Shown: positions 38,493 through 48,225 of the stretch, one piece after another
How the letters are laid out: each line of letters starts with the position of its first letter
Position numbering within the stretch: the stretch's first letter is position 1
DNA from: a bacterium
GTDB lineage: Bacteria > Sysuimicrobiota > Sysuimicrobiia > Sysuimicrobiales > Segetimicrobiaceae
Direction: 5' to 3'
Length of the DNA: 63,804 bases
Assembly (NCBI GenBank): GCA_035280345.1
Contig: DATEGA010000227.1
Coordinates: 1-63,804 of the forward strand
Notes under the pieces: model-generated
The model's database searches: none
The model's input: only the letters and a program-made list of their open reading frames with translations
What the model was told of the DNA's origin: nothing
Position numbers and translations under genes: made by a program

Positions 38493-40301
38493 TCACTCCT
38501 CCTGCCCTGCCGCCACGAGACGCCGGTTCAGATCGTAGGCGGCGCTGATGAGGGCCAGATGTGTGAGGGCCTGCGGAAAATTGCCGAGGTGCGTCCCGTC
38601 GGGGCCGAGCTGCTCAGCATAGAGCCCCAGATGATTCGCGTAGCCAAGCATCTTCTCGAAGAGGAGCCGCGCCTTCTGGAGATTCCCGGCTCGGGAGAGG
38701 CACTCGACATACCAGAACGAGCACATGGAGAAGGTACCCTCGTGTCCCCGAAGGCCGTCCGGGGCCCCCTCGATGTTGTAACGGCACACCAGAGAATCCG
38801 CGACCAGGTTCCGCTCGATCACCTGCATGGTCGAGAGCCAGCGAGGGTCGGTGGGGCTGATGAACCGTACAAGCGGCATAAGGAGCGTCGCCGCGCCCAC
38901 GGCCTCGGCCCCCCGATGCTGGACGAACGTCTGTCGGCCGCGGTCCCAAAAATGCTCGAAGATGTCGCTGTAGATCTCATCCCTAACAGCAGACCACCGG
39001 GCCAACGGCGCGGGGAAGGAGCGCTTCTGCGCCAGACGAAGCGCGCGATCCACTGCCACCCAGCACATCAGTCGGGAGTGGAGGAATTCCTGCGGCCCTC
39101 CACGGACCTCCCAGATGCCCTCGTCCTTGTCGCGCCAGTGCCGGCTCACCCACTCGACCAGGCGCACGAGATCCTTCCACAGATCAAAGGAGATCGGCTC
39201 GCCGTACTTGTCGTGGAGGTAGATGGAGTCGAGCAGTTCGCCGTAAATGTCGAGTTGGACCTGGGTGAAGGCCCCGTTCCCGATCCGGACCGGAGCGGAC
39301 CGCCGGTATCCCTCGAAATGAGGAAGGATCTTTTCCTCAAGATCGCGTCCGCCGTCGACCCTGTACATCACCTGCAGGGAGCCGTCCGCCCCCGGCCCGG
39401 AGCGGCACGCCTCGATCCAGCGCATGAAGGCGCCGGCCTCCTCCGTATAGCCGAGCCGGATCAGCGCGTACAGGCTGAAGGAAGCGTCACGGATCCACGT
39501 GTAGCGGTAATCCCAATTGCGCGTTCCCGCGATCACCTCCGGCAGCCCAAAGGTCGGCGCGGCGACTATTGCCCCCGTCGGTTGATAGGTGAGCAGTTTC
39601 AAGACGAGCGCCGACCGATTCACCATATCGCGCCATCGCCCCCGATACGTTGACCGGGCAATCCACCGGCGCCAGAAATTGAGGGTCTCCTCAAACGAAC
39701 GGAAGACAAACCCCGGGGCATCGGAGGGCGACGGTCGGCCGGGCGTCGGCGCCTCGAGGACAAACGCCGCGGTCTCTCCGGCCCGAAGGGTAAACTCCGC
39801 AACCGCATCGCCGTTGACGAGGCGAAGCGGCACCTCCGCGCGGAGGCGCAGAAGGGCGGCCCCGGAGCCTTTAGGTTGGAAGATCGCGGCCGGTCCATCC
39901 AATTCTGCGCGATGGGAAGTCCGGCCAAAGTCGAACCGGGGGCCACAGTCGAGCCGGAACCGTATCTCCCCGCGAACGGCCCTGGCGTGCCGGATCAGGA
40001 CGGGCGGCCTCCCGCCGCGGATGGGCATGAAATCCGCGATCTCCGCCACACCCTCCGCGGAGAGAAATCGCGAGAGCAGCACGTTGGAGTCCGGGAGATA
40101 GAGTTGTCTGCAGCGCGCACCGCCCAGTAGCGGCGCAATGGCGAACCGTCCTCCCCGCTCGTCGTCCAACAGCGCAGCGAAGATGGTCGGCGAGTCGAAA
40201 CGCGGAAAGCAGAGGAAGTCCACCGAGCCGTGCATGCCGACGAGTGCCGCGGTCTGCAGATCGCCGATCACACCGTAGTTTTCGATCGGTTGACATCCCA
40301 T
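38493..40301 (-). CDS. glycoside hydrolase family 15 (glucoamylase/trehalase-like)
   Basis: ORF 38493..40301. N-terminus IENYGVIGDLQTAALVGMHGSVDFLCFPRFDSP and an (alpha/alpha)6-type C-terminal region, typical of bacterial GH15. Confidence 0.85.
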   Translation of the reverse strand: MGCQPIENYGVIGDLQTAALVGMHGSVDFLCFPRFDSPTIFAALLDDERGGRFAIAPLLGGARCRQLYLPDSNVLLSRFLSAEGVAEIADFMPIRGGRPPVLIRHARAVRGEIRFRLDCGPRFDFGRTSHRAELDGPAAIFQPKGSGAALLRLRAEVPLRLVNGDAVAEFTLRAGETAAFVLEAPTPGRPSPSDAPGFVFRSFEETLNFWRRWIARSTYRGRWRDMVNRSALVLKLLTYQPTGAIVAAPTFGLPEVIAGTRNWDYRYTWIRDASFSLYALIRLGYTEEAGAFMRWIEACRSGPGADGSLQVMYRVDGGRDLEEKILPHFEGYRRSAPVRIGNGAFTQVQLDIYGELLDSIYLHDKYGEPISFDLWKDLVRLVEWVSRHWRDKDEGIWEVRGGPQEFLHSRLMCWVAVDRALRLAQKRSFPAPLARWSAVRDEIYSDIFEHFWDRGRQTFVQHRGAEAVGAATLLMPLVRFISPTDPRWLSTMQVIERNLVADSLVCRYNIEGAPDGLRGHEGTFSMCSFWYVECLSRAGNLQKARLLFEKMLGYANHLGLYAEQLGPDGTHLGNFPQALTHLALISAAYDLNRRLVAAGQEE

Positions 40302-40331
40302 ACTTCCAGCCTACCGATACGGCTTCGCGTG

Positions 40332-40374
40332 ACGTTGCGGCCCCGTAAATGCTTGGAAAACTTTCGGGAAAATG
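40332..40374 (-). promoter_or_regulatory. recurrent upstream motif copy (faces the GH15 gene)
   Basis: ACGTTGC-ggcccc-GTAAATGC-ttgga-AAACTTT-cGGGAAAA on the + strand. TAGGCT lies 19 nt beyond the proximal half-site and 6 nt before the ATG. Confidence 0.5.
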
Positions 40375-40394
40375 CCCGGTGGCCGCAATCGCCA

Positions 40395-40437
40395 AAGTTT
40401 TCCATAAATTCTCGCTGCGTTTACTCGCCCGTTACGT
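40395..40437 (+). promoter_or_regulatory. recurrent upstream motif copy (faces the ABC permease gene)
   Basis: GTTTTCC-at-AAATT-ctcgctgc-GTTTAC-tcgccc-GTTACGT. TATGAA lies 20 nt downstream. Confidence 0.5.
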
Positions 40438-40522
40438 CGTCGCCGGTCACTCCTTCTATGAATAAAGAGTACGGGCTGACCGGCCGGTTGAGAATAGGCG
40501 GCATCCCACCCAAGGCGATCTC

Positions 40523-41467
40523 ATGCCGAGTCAGGCCTTACTTGCCGCGGCACACACAACGATCGATCGCCCCTCCCGCCGCCGCCCCTCGGGGCGGCGG
40601 CAGCGGGAGATCCGTGCGGCCTGGCTGCTCCTCGCGCCGGCGGTGCTGCTCGTGCTCGGCGTGCTCGCGTATCCTCTCGGCTGGCTGTTCGGCACCAGCC
40701 TGACCGACTCTTTCGTCCTGAACACAACGACTCGCTTCGTCGGGGTCGCGAACTACGCCGCGCTGCTCGGCGATCCGGGGTTCTGGCGCGCGACCGCCGA
40801 TACGCTCGGCTATCTGGCGGTCAGCTCCGTTCTCAAGATGGCCGTGGGCGTCGGGATCGCGCTGGCTCTTGCCCGGCCGTTTCCGGGCCGGCCGCTCGTG
40901 TTCATCGCCGCGTTCCTGCCGTGGGCGTACCCCGGGGGCCTCGGGGCGGTCGGATGGTACTGGTTCATGCTGCCGCCGCTTCATTCGTCGTACGCCGCGG
41001 CGATGAGTAATCTCCGATTTGCGTTCGACGGCGCGCTCGGCTACGGCGCCTGGGGATTTTTGAGCCTGCTTCTGTTCAACATCTGGCGGGGCGGATCGTT
41101 CGTTGGCATCTTTCTCCTCGCGGCGCTCAACGGCATCCCGCAGGACCTCTTCGACTACGCCGCGTTGGAGGTGCGAAGCCCGTGGCGCACGTTCTGGATG
41201 GTCACCGTACCGCTCCTGCGGCCGTTTCTGGCGCTGGCGACCTTCCTCTCGCTCGTCTCCGCCGTCGTCGACTTGGGGAACGTCTTCGAGCTCTCGGGGT
41301 ATCGCGACGTCTACCCGGTGGTCTGGACGCTGGCGGATCAGTTGGCCATCACGGGAGGCCAGTGGGGCCGGGCGGCGGCGCTCTCGCTTATCCTCCTGCC
41401 GGTATTGATCCTAATCCTCTTCACCTGCTACCGGGTCTTCGACCCCCTGGAGGAGGACCCCGCATGA
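40523..41467 (+). CDS. carbohydrate ABC transporter permease (MalF-like)
   Basis: ORF 40523..41467. 6-TM permease of the binding-protein-dependent family. Confidence 0.8.
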   Translation: MPSQALLAAAHTTIDRPSRRRPSGRRQREIRAAWLLLAPAVLLVLGVLAYPLGWLFGTSLTDSFVLNTTTRFVGVANYAALLGDPGFWRATADTLGYLAVSSVLKMAVGVGIALALARPFPGRPLVFIAAFLPWAYPGGLGAVGWYWFMLPPLHSSYAAAMSNLRFAFDGALGYGAWGFLSLLLFNIWRGGSFVGIFLLAALNGIPQDLFDYAALEVRSPWRTFWMVTVPLLRPFLALATFLSLVSAVVDLGNVFELSGYRDVYPVVWTLADQLAITGGQWGRAAALSLILLPVLILILFTCYRVFDPLEEDPA

Positions 41468-42330
41468 GCGCGCGGCGCGCCTTTGCCCGCCTCCTCCGCG
41501 GCGCCCTGCTTGGGTTGCTCGCGGCGTACAGCATCTTTCCGATCTACATGGTGACGATCGAGTCGCTGAAGACGGTTCGGGAGGACGTCTTCGGGAGCCC
41601 CTTCTACGTCCTCCATCCGAGTCTCGAGTGGTACACCGACCTCTTTACGCGGCAGCAGTGGGTCGCGCACAGTACGCTCACCACTCCCGCCGTTCCCTTC
41701 CTGGTCTGGGCCGGCAACACGGCGATCGTGTTTGGAGGTGCGCTCGCGGTGATTTTGGCCGCCAGCGTCGCGGCCGGGTACGCCATCGGCCGGCTGCGCC
41801 CGCCCGGTTGGCGGTGGTGGCGGCGCGTCCTGCTCGCGACGTTTCTCGTCCCGCAGACGATCCTGTTTCTGCCGCTGTACCACATCGCGTTCCGGCTGCA
41901 CTTGGACGATCACCTGCTGTCGCTCGTGCTGACGTACCCGATGCTGGCCATCCCGTTCTGCGCCTGGCTCTTCTCAACGTACTTTCAGAAACTCAGCCCC
42001 GAAATCGAGGAATCGGCGTACATCGAGGGTGCGGGCCGGGTCGCGGCCTTCTTCAAGATCGTGCTCCCGATGAGCTGGCCCGTCCTGGTCGCCGCCGGCC
42101 TCTTCGCCCTGGGGGTGATCAGCAGCGACTTCATGCTGGCCGGCGTCTTCCTGCCCAACCAGTGGCACCAGACGATTGCGGCCGGGATGTCCACGATGGA
42201 CATCACGCTCGAAGACCTCACCGTGGTTTCGGGGATCAGCATGGGCGGATTGCCGGTGCTGCTCGTCGCGGCGCTGTTCGCGGGCGCGTATGTCCGCGGA
42301 CTCACCGCCGCGATGATCGAAGGGGCATGA
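41464..42330 (+). CDS. carbohydrate ABC transporter permease (MalG-like)
   Basis: Part of ORF 41182..42330. ATG at 41464 overlaps the upstream stop (ATGA). Begins MSARRAFARLLRGALLGLLAAYSIFPIYM. Confidence 0.8.
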   Translation: MSARRAFARLLRGALLGLLAAYSIFPIYMVTIESLKTVREDVFGSPFYVLHPSLEWYTDLFTRQQWVAHSTLTTPAVPFLVWAGNTAIVFGGALAVILAASVAAGYAIGRLRPPGWRWWRRVLLATFLVPQTILFLPLYHIAFRLHLDDHLLSLVLTYPMLAIPFCAWLFSTYFQKLSPEIEESAYIEGAGRVAAFFKIVLPMSWPVLVAAGLFALGVISSDFMLAGVFLPNQWHQTIAAGMSTMDITLEDLTVVSGISMGGLPVLLVAALFAGAYVRGLTAAMIEGA

Positions 42331-42376
42331 GGCCGTCGCGGGCCGCCGGGAGAGCCGGGGTCGGTCCGGCCTGCCG

Positions 42377-43276
42377 CTACTTGACGGCGGCGCTCGTGAG
42401 GCCGCTGATGAACTGATCCAGGAAGAGACTGTAGAGGATCGCGACGGGCACGCCGACCAGCAGCGCCGCCGCCATGAGAGACCCCCAGAAGTACACGTCG
42501 CCCCGGATAAGGTCGGTGGCCACTCCGAGCGGCACCGGCTTCTGGTCGGAGACTGACACGAACACGAGCGCGTAGAGAAAGTCCTGCATCGTAAGGGTAA
42601 ACGTGAAGATCACCGCGGTCAGGATCCCCGCCCAGCTCACCGGAATGACCGTCCGGAGAAAAGCGCCGAACCGCCCGCATCCGTCCACCCGGGCGGCCTC
42701 CTCGATCTCCGGGGGGACCGTCTTGAAGAAACCGCTCATCAGCCATGCACAGAACGGAATCGTGAACGTCGGGTAGACGAGCACGAGCGCCCACTTGGTG
42801 TCGATCAGGTGGAAAAGCGCCACGACCCGGGAGAGGGGGATGAACAGGAGGATCGGCGGGATGAGGTACCCGAGGAAGATCGCGATGCCCAGGTTCTCCG
42901 CGCCCGGCAGGCGGAGCCGCGCCAGCGCGTACCCGGCCGGCACAGCGGCGATCAATGTGATCAGCGAGACGCTCGCGGCGATCACGGCCGTGTTGTACGT
43001 CCAGTCGACGAAGTACGTATGCTGGAAGAGATAGACGAAGTGCCGCACCGTCGGCGCCTGATGGAACCAGAACGGCGAGACGCCGGGGTTGACGAGATCG
43101 TAGTCGGTCTTGAAGGCGGTCACGCCCATCCACACAATCGGGAACAGCGCGACCGCGAGGAACGGCAGCAGTCCGGCGTACACGAGCGCCCACCGGCGAA
43201 TCTCCCGTGCCTGCGCGCGCCGTGCGATGGGCGCGCTCCCCGACCGCCGGCTCGGGAGAGCGTGCACCGCGCTCAC
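42377..43276 (-). CDS. carbohydrate ABC transporter permease (MalG-like)
   Basis: ORF 42377..43276. EAA-loop region IEEAARVDGCGRFGAF. Confidence 0.8.
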   Translation of the reverse strand: MSAVHALPSRRSGSAPIARRAQAREIRRWALVYAGLLPFLAVALFPIVWMGVTAFKTDYDLVNPGVSPFWFHQAPTVRHFVYLFQHTYFVDWTYNTAVIAASVSLITLIAAVPAGYALARLRLPGAENLGIAIFLGYLIPPILLFIPLSRVVALFHLIDTKWALVLVYPTFTIPFCAWLMSGFFKTVPPEIEEAARVDGCGRFGAFLRTVIPVSWAGILTAVIFTFTLTMQDFLYALVFVSVSDQKPVPLGVATDLIRGDVYFWGSLMAAALLVGVPVAILYSLFLDQFISGLTSAAVK

Positions 43277-44217
43277 AGCGCCTCCCTCCTTCGGAGGGTC
43301 CGCAGCAAGAAGTACACGATCGGCAGCAGGAGCGGGAACAGCAGGAGCGAGATCGCGGCGCCACGCCCGAGCGCCCCCGCCTGGATGCCGATCTCAAACG
43401 CCCGCGTGGGGAGGATCTCCGTGGTGTTCATCGGTCCGCCCATCGTCAGCAGGTAGATGATGCTGATGTCCGTCAGCGTGAACACCGTGTCGAAGAGGAG
43501 GCCCACGAACAGGATCGGCGCGGTGATCGGCACGATGACGTAGTGAAACCGGAGGAAGAAGTTGGCGCCGTCGACCTTGGCCGAATCGAGTAGCTCCAGA
43601 GGGACCGCCGAGATGCCGGCCATCAGGACGATCGCCGCGAAGGGGAACCCCCGCCACACGTTCACCGTGATCACCGCCGCCATCGCCAGCGCCGGTTCGC
43701 CGAGCCAGTTGGGCCAGCCGCTCAAGAGGTGGAGGTGCGTGGCCACCCAGTTGACCGAGCTGAACTGGGGGTCGAAGCCCCACTTCCAGGCCAGCGCGGT
43801 GATCACCACAGGGAGGGTCCACGGCAGCACGACGAGGGCCCGGATCAGCCGGCGGCCGGGAACCGCCTGCAGGAGAAGGAACGCAAGCAGCGTCCCCAGG
43901 ACCGCCTTGCAGATGCCGGCGATCACCGTGAACACGATCGTGTTGCGAAGGGCCAGGCGGATGGTGCCGTCCTGGAGGACCGCGACGAAGTTCCGGAAGC
44001 CGACGAACTGGGCGACGGGGTTGCCGACCGTCGCGTTGCTCATACTGAGGTAGAGCGAGAAGAAGAACGGCACACCGACGAGCACCACCATGTACACGAC
44101 GGCCGGCGCGAGCATCGAGTAGCCGAACGTGAAACGGCGGCGGCTGGCCGCGCGGCGCGGGATGCCCGGCGGCCGCTCCGCCGCCGCTTCCGCGCCGAGC
44201 GCGGCTTCCGCTTCCAT
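43273..44217 (-). CDS. carbohydrate ABC transporter permease (MalF-like)
   Basis: ORF 43273..44256. Start at 44217 or 44256. 4-nt overlap with the downstream permease. Confidence 0.8.
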   Translation of the reverse strand: MEAEAALGAEAAAERPPGIPRRAASRRRFTFGYSMLAPAVVYMVVLVGVPFFFSLYLSMSNATVGNPVAQFVGFRNFVAVLQDGTIRLALRNTIVFTVIAGICKAVLGTLLAFLLLQAVPGRRLIRALVVLPWTLPVVITALAWKWGFDPQFSSVNWVATHLHLLSGWPNWLGEPALAMAAVITVNVWRGFPFAAIVLMAGISAVPLELLDSAKVDGANFFLRFHYVIVPITAPILFVGLLFDTVFTLTDISIIYLLTMGGPMNTTEILPTRAFEIGIQAGALGRGAAISLLLFPLLLPIVYFLLRTLRRREAL

Positions 44218-44321
44218 CCCCCGTCCTCGGGTTGTCACATACATGCTCGGTCCCATCGGCCGCCGGCGGACGGTACCGGCGGCGTCGGCGCTTCCCGAAG
44301 TTCACCGCCGGCCGCCGGCTC

Positions 44322-45665
44322 CTACACCTTGTATTTGGCGTAGATGGACTTAATCTGGTCCATCCCCCATGTGATCGAGCTTTCCAGACTGTCGCCGTGG
44401 CAGTACCGCGCCAGCATGTCCGGAACCACGAACGTCGATAGCACCTCGGACGCCGCCGCCGTGGCCGGGCCCGGATAGCCGAACACAAGCGCCACCTTGT
44501 CCCAGTCTTGTAACAGGCTGACTTTGGGGTCGCTCCCGAGTGCCGGCATGGGCTTCTTGTACCAGCCCTTGAGGTACGGCATGTTGTAGCCTTTGCTGGC
44601 GGTGAGCGAGAACTTGACGTCGCCTCCGTAGTGCTCGAGAAACGCCCGCGCCGCGGCCGTGTTCGGCGAGAACTTCCAGATCCCGAGGATCGCCGGATCC
44701 ACCACCGCCGCCCGCCGTGCGGAGCCCATCGGCTCATCGCCGGGGACCGCGACGTTGATCGAATCGTAGAGCTTCGGGTTGCTGTCCTGCACCGAGCGGA
44801 CCGCGGAGATCGCGTCGTGGATATAGAGGGCCACACCCGAGTCGAGATAGCGGTTATCCGACACGTTGTCCCAGGAGAAGACCTCCGACGTCATTCCCTC
44901 CGACCAGAGCGCCTTGCTGAACTTCATGGCTTCGCGAAGCGCCGGAGAGTCCCAGCGCAGGTGCGCGCCGCTTGGGTCGGTCTCTTCGACCCCGAACCCG
45001 TAGAAAACGGCGCGCCAGTTGTGGTTGGAGTCGTTACAGTGCGAAATGGCGAAGCCCGCCGGGTGGCCGTGCTGCTTGCCGATACGGGCGGCCTCCCGCA
45101 GGTTGTCCCACGTGGCCGGAGACTTGAGGCCGTACTCCTTCCAGAGGTCCGCGCGCCACTCGATCGGCTGCGGAATATAGAACTCCGGGATGGCGTACCA
45201 TTGACCGCCGATCGTGGCGACGTTCTTGGCCATCGGGATCCAGCCGCCGGCCGCCATCCCCAGTTTGTCGCAGATGTCCGAGACGTTGACCATGTGCTTG
45301 TAGTAGAGGGTCGTCTGAATCTGCCCGTTCATCTGAAAGATGTCGTGCCCGGCGCCGGCGGCCAGCTCGGATGCGATGCGCGCCGGAAGGTCATCGATGC
45401 TGATGTGATCCACGCGGACGGTTACGCCGTTGGTTTTGCCCCAATCCGCCGCGTAGGTGTCAAACGCCGTATCGTACGCCGGGACGAAGTGGCTCCAGGT
45501 CAGAATGCGCAGCGACGTCCCGCGGATCTGGGCCGGCGCCGCCCCGGCCTCCCAGGGTGTGATCATCCGTGCCGCCGCCGCCCCGGCGACTCCCGCCCCG
45601 GCCGCCGTCAGTAATCGACGCCGGGTCAGGGCCTGACTGGACTTTCGAGCAGGCCGTTCTGCCAT
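44322..45665 (-). CDS. extracellular sugar-binding protein (ABC SBP family 1) with Tat-type signal
   Basis: ATG at 45665 follows GGGAGGTG. TRRRLLTAAGAGVAGAAAA twin-arginine signal. Confidence 0.8.
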   Translation of the reverse strand: MAERPARKSSQALTRRRLLTAAGAGVAGAAAARMITPWEAGAAPAQIRGTSLRILTWSHFVPAYDTAFDTYAADWGKTNGVTVRVDHISIDDLPARIASELAAGAGHDIFQMNGQIQTTLYYKHMVNVSDICDKLGMAAGGWIPMAKNVATIGGQWYAIPEFYIPQPIEWRADLWKEYGLKSPATWDNLREAARIGKQHGHPAGFAISHCNDSNHNWRAVFYGFGVEETDPSGAHLRWDSPALREAMKFSKALWSEGMTSEVFSWDNVSDNRYLDSGVALYIHDAISAVRSVQDSNPKLYDSINVAVPGDEPMGSARRAAVVDPAILGIWKFSPNTAAARAFLEHYGGDVKFSLTASKGYNMPYLKGWYKKPMPALGSDPKVSLLQDWDKVALVFGYPGPATAAASEVLSTFVVPDMLARYCHGDSLESSITWGMDQIKSIYAKYKV

Positions 45666-45804
45666 AAGCCGCACCTCCCGTACGCACGTTGTCCGCGAGG
45701 CTCGAAACATCGGTCGCGTCGGAGTTCCAGGCTCGGGCGCGCTGCCCCGGCTCGCTGCAACAAGCTGCGTGCATGCTCTACTCTAGCCAAATCCGGTCGG
45801 GCTG

Positions 45805-45848
45805 GCGTTACACAGAGGTAAACGCCGCAGAAATTTTGAGGAAACTCG
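45805..45848 (-). promoter_or_regulatory. recurrent upstream motif copy (faces the sugar SBP gene)
   Basis: GCGTTAC-acagag-GTAAACGC-cgcag-AAATTTT-gaGGAAAC. TAGAGT lies 20 nt beyond the proximal half-site. Confidence 0.5.
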
Positions 45849-46106
45849 CGGGGACGGCGGAACCTTGCCGGGCGGGCGCCCTCGGGATGCACGGGCTCCC
45901 GTACGTTCACTCGGCACCGTCCGGGCATCGCCCTCCCCTTGGCGTACCGGCACAGCCTGATGCTCGCCCATTTTCAGCCGGACGCGGCGGACAATCTCCG
46001 CGCCCGCAGCGTGTACACTCAGCTGCGCTTGACCGAACGGGTGTCCTCTGTCTCGTGTTCACGGCCCCGACACCTTCGCGCGTCGCGCGGCGAGCACATC
46101 GCAGAC

Positions 46107-46211
46107 CTACCTGCCGAACAAGTGCCCGGTGAGCTCCAGCGCGAGCACCACGAGCCCCAGCGCGCTTGCGCTCAGCAAGACCAGCATCCACAGATCTCGT
46201 TGGGGCGACAT
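46107..46211 (-). CDS. 34-codon hydrophobic micro-ORF (paralog 1)
   Basis: Not in the ORF track (too short). Translated by hand: MSPQRDLWMLVLLSASALGLVVLALELTGHLFGR. Paralogous to 49054..49158. Confidence 0.35.
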   Translation of the reverse strand: MSPQRDLWMLVLLSASALGLVVLALELTGHLFGR

Positions 46212-46348
46212 CTTCCGAGGCGGCCTCATCCCTGTGGAGTCGGATTATCGTCGTCCAGGCTCGTGCGCACCACCATTGGCCCCCGACGTCACTCGTGTGA
46301 AGGTTTCGCTCCCACGGTAGCAGGCGCGCGGTCGCGTTGACGTTGCGG

Positions 46349-46377
46349 GACCGCCGCCGCGCCGCGCGGCGGCGGTC
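46349..46377 (-). terminator. 13-bp perfect hairpin downstream of the blue-copper gene
   Basis: GACCGCCGCCGCG-ccg-CGCGGCGGCGGTC. No U-tract. Confidence 0.45.
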
Positions 46378-46430
46378 GATGAGGACGGCGGCCGGCACTC
46401 AGCCACCCTCCCGGCACCCTTCCTGGCGCG

Positions 46431-46982
46431 TTACTGAGCGACAAGATGGACGATCTTCGCGGCCGGCGCCGGTGTGATGCTCGGCTTCTTCGCCGTCGCG
46501 GAGACGACAAGTTTGTCCCACATGCCGAGCGTTGCGTGCCCCGGCACACCGCAGACGAACTCGTACGTTCCCGGCCTGCTCGCCACGAACGAGAACGTCG
46601 TCGTCGTCCCCCGCGGCAGGCCCTTCGCGAGGTGCTTCGTGGCAGCGCCTGGAAACGCCGGCGTCTCACTCGCCGGCGCCGCCGGCGGAGTCGACGTGTA
46701 CGGCAGCACGATCAGACTGTGGGCCAAGGCGCCGTCATTCTTGAACGTGACCACGACCTTCCAGCCCACGGGAACCGTAACCGTCATCCCGCCCCGCGCA
46801 TAACCGTCGAGGTTATAACCGTTGTCCGCCGGCGTCTGGTCCGCAACGATCGTGACGTGAACGGTATGTGCCGCCGCGAGCGCGGGAGCTCCCGCGAGCA
46901 GCGCCATGGCCGCGACGACAAGTCCAATAGCTACTCCTGTGCGGGCCCCTCCGAACAAATCGGTCGCTGCCTTCCTGCGCAT
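46431..46982 (-). CDS. type-1 blue-copper protein, rusticyanin/sulfocyanin-like
   Basis: ATG at 46982 follows GGAGGTG. TM/signal anchor. Ligand pattern ALAHS ... FVCGVPGHATLGMW (Cys, His+5, Met+10). Confidence 0.75.
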   Translation of the reverse strand: MRRKAATDLFGGARTGVAIGLVVAAMALLAGAPALAAAHTVHVTIVADQTPADNGYNLDGYARGGMTVTVPVGWKVVVTFKNDGALAHSLIVLPYTSTPPAAPASETPAFPGAATKHLAKGLPRGTTTTFSFVASRPGTYEFVCGVPGHATLGMWDKLVVSATAKKPSITPAPAAKIVHLVAQ

Positions 46983-47033
46983 CTCAACTGCACCTCCACG
47001 CTCATTTTTTGGACTCACACGGAGTGGCGGCCG

Positions 47034-47525
47034 CTACTCCACGACGACGGTTCCCCTCAGGCTCTCCTCTGCCCGGCCCGGGTCGTGGCTGGCCATCTCG
47101 AAGCGGCCCCTGGCCCTCGGTGTGAACCAGACGACAGCTCTCGTGCCCGGGGCCAGGTGGACTTTGAACAACGTGGTGGTGCCGATCTCGGCTCGGCCGG
47201 GTAACGCGATGTCGATCTCTCCCATGTCCTTGAAGTACGTGTGAGACATGACATACGCGTTCCAATCCGCCGGGGAGACCTTCGGCGCAGCGTAGACCTG
47301 GAATTCGTGGTCGCGAGTCCCCTCGTTGTCGAGGATGAGCCGGACGGGCGTTCCGGCCCGTAGCGTGATGGTCTTCGATCCGAAAGCGTAGTCGTGCAGG
47401 ACAAGCGTGACTGCCTGGGCCCGAACCGCGCCGACGGCCGGGAGGGCCGCCGTCGCGATCAGGAGCGCGGTGGCGAGAGGAACGATCCGCCACATCCGGT
47501 TCGTCGGCCGAGCCCGGCTACGCAT
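47034..47525 (-). CDS. cupredoxin-fold protein lacking the copper Cys
   Basis: ORF 47034..47546. Start ambiguous (47546, 47525 or 47495). Signal peptide. HEF...RFEMASHDPG stands where FxCxxPGH would be expected. Confidence 0.6.
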   Translation of the reverse strand: MRSRARPTNRMWRIVPLATALLIATAALPAVGAVRAQAVTLVLHDYAFGSKTITLRAGTPVRLILDNEGTRDHEFQVYAAPKVSPADWNAYVMSHTYFKDMGEIDIALPGRAEIGTTTLFKVHLAPGTRAVVWFTPRARGRFEMASHDPGRAEESLRGTVVVE

Positions 47526-48225
47526 CGAGCCGGCCGGATGGCGCACCGTCGTTTCCCGATTCCTCCGCGGCCAACCCTTTGGGAGCCGTATACGCGATCG
47601 CGCCGACCTCGGCCCCCGTCACGACGATGTTTTCTCCCTGGATCTTGAACCGAAAGTACCGGGCGCCGCGGGGCGCAGGGCCCGAGATGACGTCGCCGGG
47701 GTCTCCCGGATAGGCCGGGTCGTAGATGCTGAAGTGGCATGGGCAGGCCATCAGCGGGTGCTGCTCCCACCGCGGCGGAACGAAGCCCCCGTACCCGGTC
47801 GTCACATTGTGCCATGTCGGGATGAAATTGAAGATACAGCCCAAGTGCGGACAGATCCGGCTGAACAGCACGATGTCCGTCTCTCCGATGTAACCGTCAT
47901 AGCCTTGGGTGTTGGCGAACCGGACTTTCCGGGGCAGGCGGATGGCGACCCCCGGAATATTCTCCGCCTCGTAGCCCGCCTGGTCGTACTGCACGAATTT
48001 CTGCACGTAAGTGAAGTAGAAATAGTCCCAGGGCTTCGCGAGCGCGCCCGTCGTCCCGACGATCTGGGCCCCACCCTCCGGAGTGTCCGACTGTGTCAAC
48101 GGAATCCCATACGGGTGCTCGTTGGGCTTGATGTAGCGAAGCAGCGGCGACAAGATTGCTAGAAGCCCCCCGATCACCGGGATGCCGACGAGGATCTGAA
48201 ACAGGCGCCGTCTGTTGAACCTCAT
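47518..48225 (-). CDS. Rieske [2Fe-2S] protein with Tat signal
   Basis: ORF 47518..48225. RRRLFQ twin-arginine signal plus TM segment. Box I CPHLGC and box II CPCHFS are separated by 30 residues. Confidence 0.85.
   Translation of the reverse strand: MRFNRRRLFQILVGIPVIGGLLAILSPLLRYIKPNEHPYGIPLTQSDTPEGGAQIVGTTGALAKPWDYFYFTYVQKFVQYDQAGYEAENIPGVAIRLPRKVRFANTQGYDGYIGETDIVLFSRICPHLGCIFNFIPTWHNVTTGYGGFVPPRWEQHPLMACPCHFSIYDPAYPGDPGDVISGPAPRGARYFRFKIQGENIVVTGAEVGAIAYTAPKGLAAEESGNDGAPSGRLDA

Noticed and set aside
45907-46398. 163-aa minus-strand ORF covering micro-ORF 1
   Set aside because: Its composition is Arg/Ala-rich and non-protein-like, and it has no ribosome-binding site. The short hydrophobic frame with a paralog at 49054 explains the region better.
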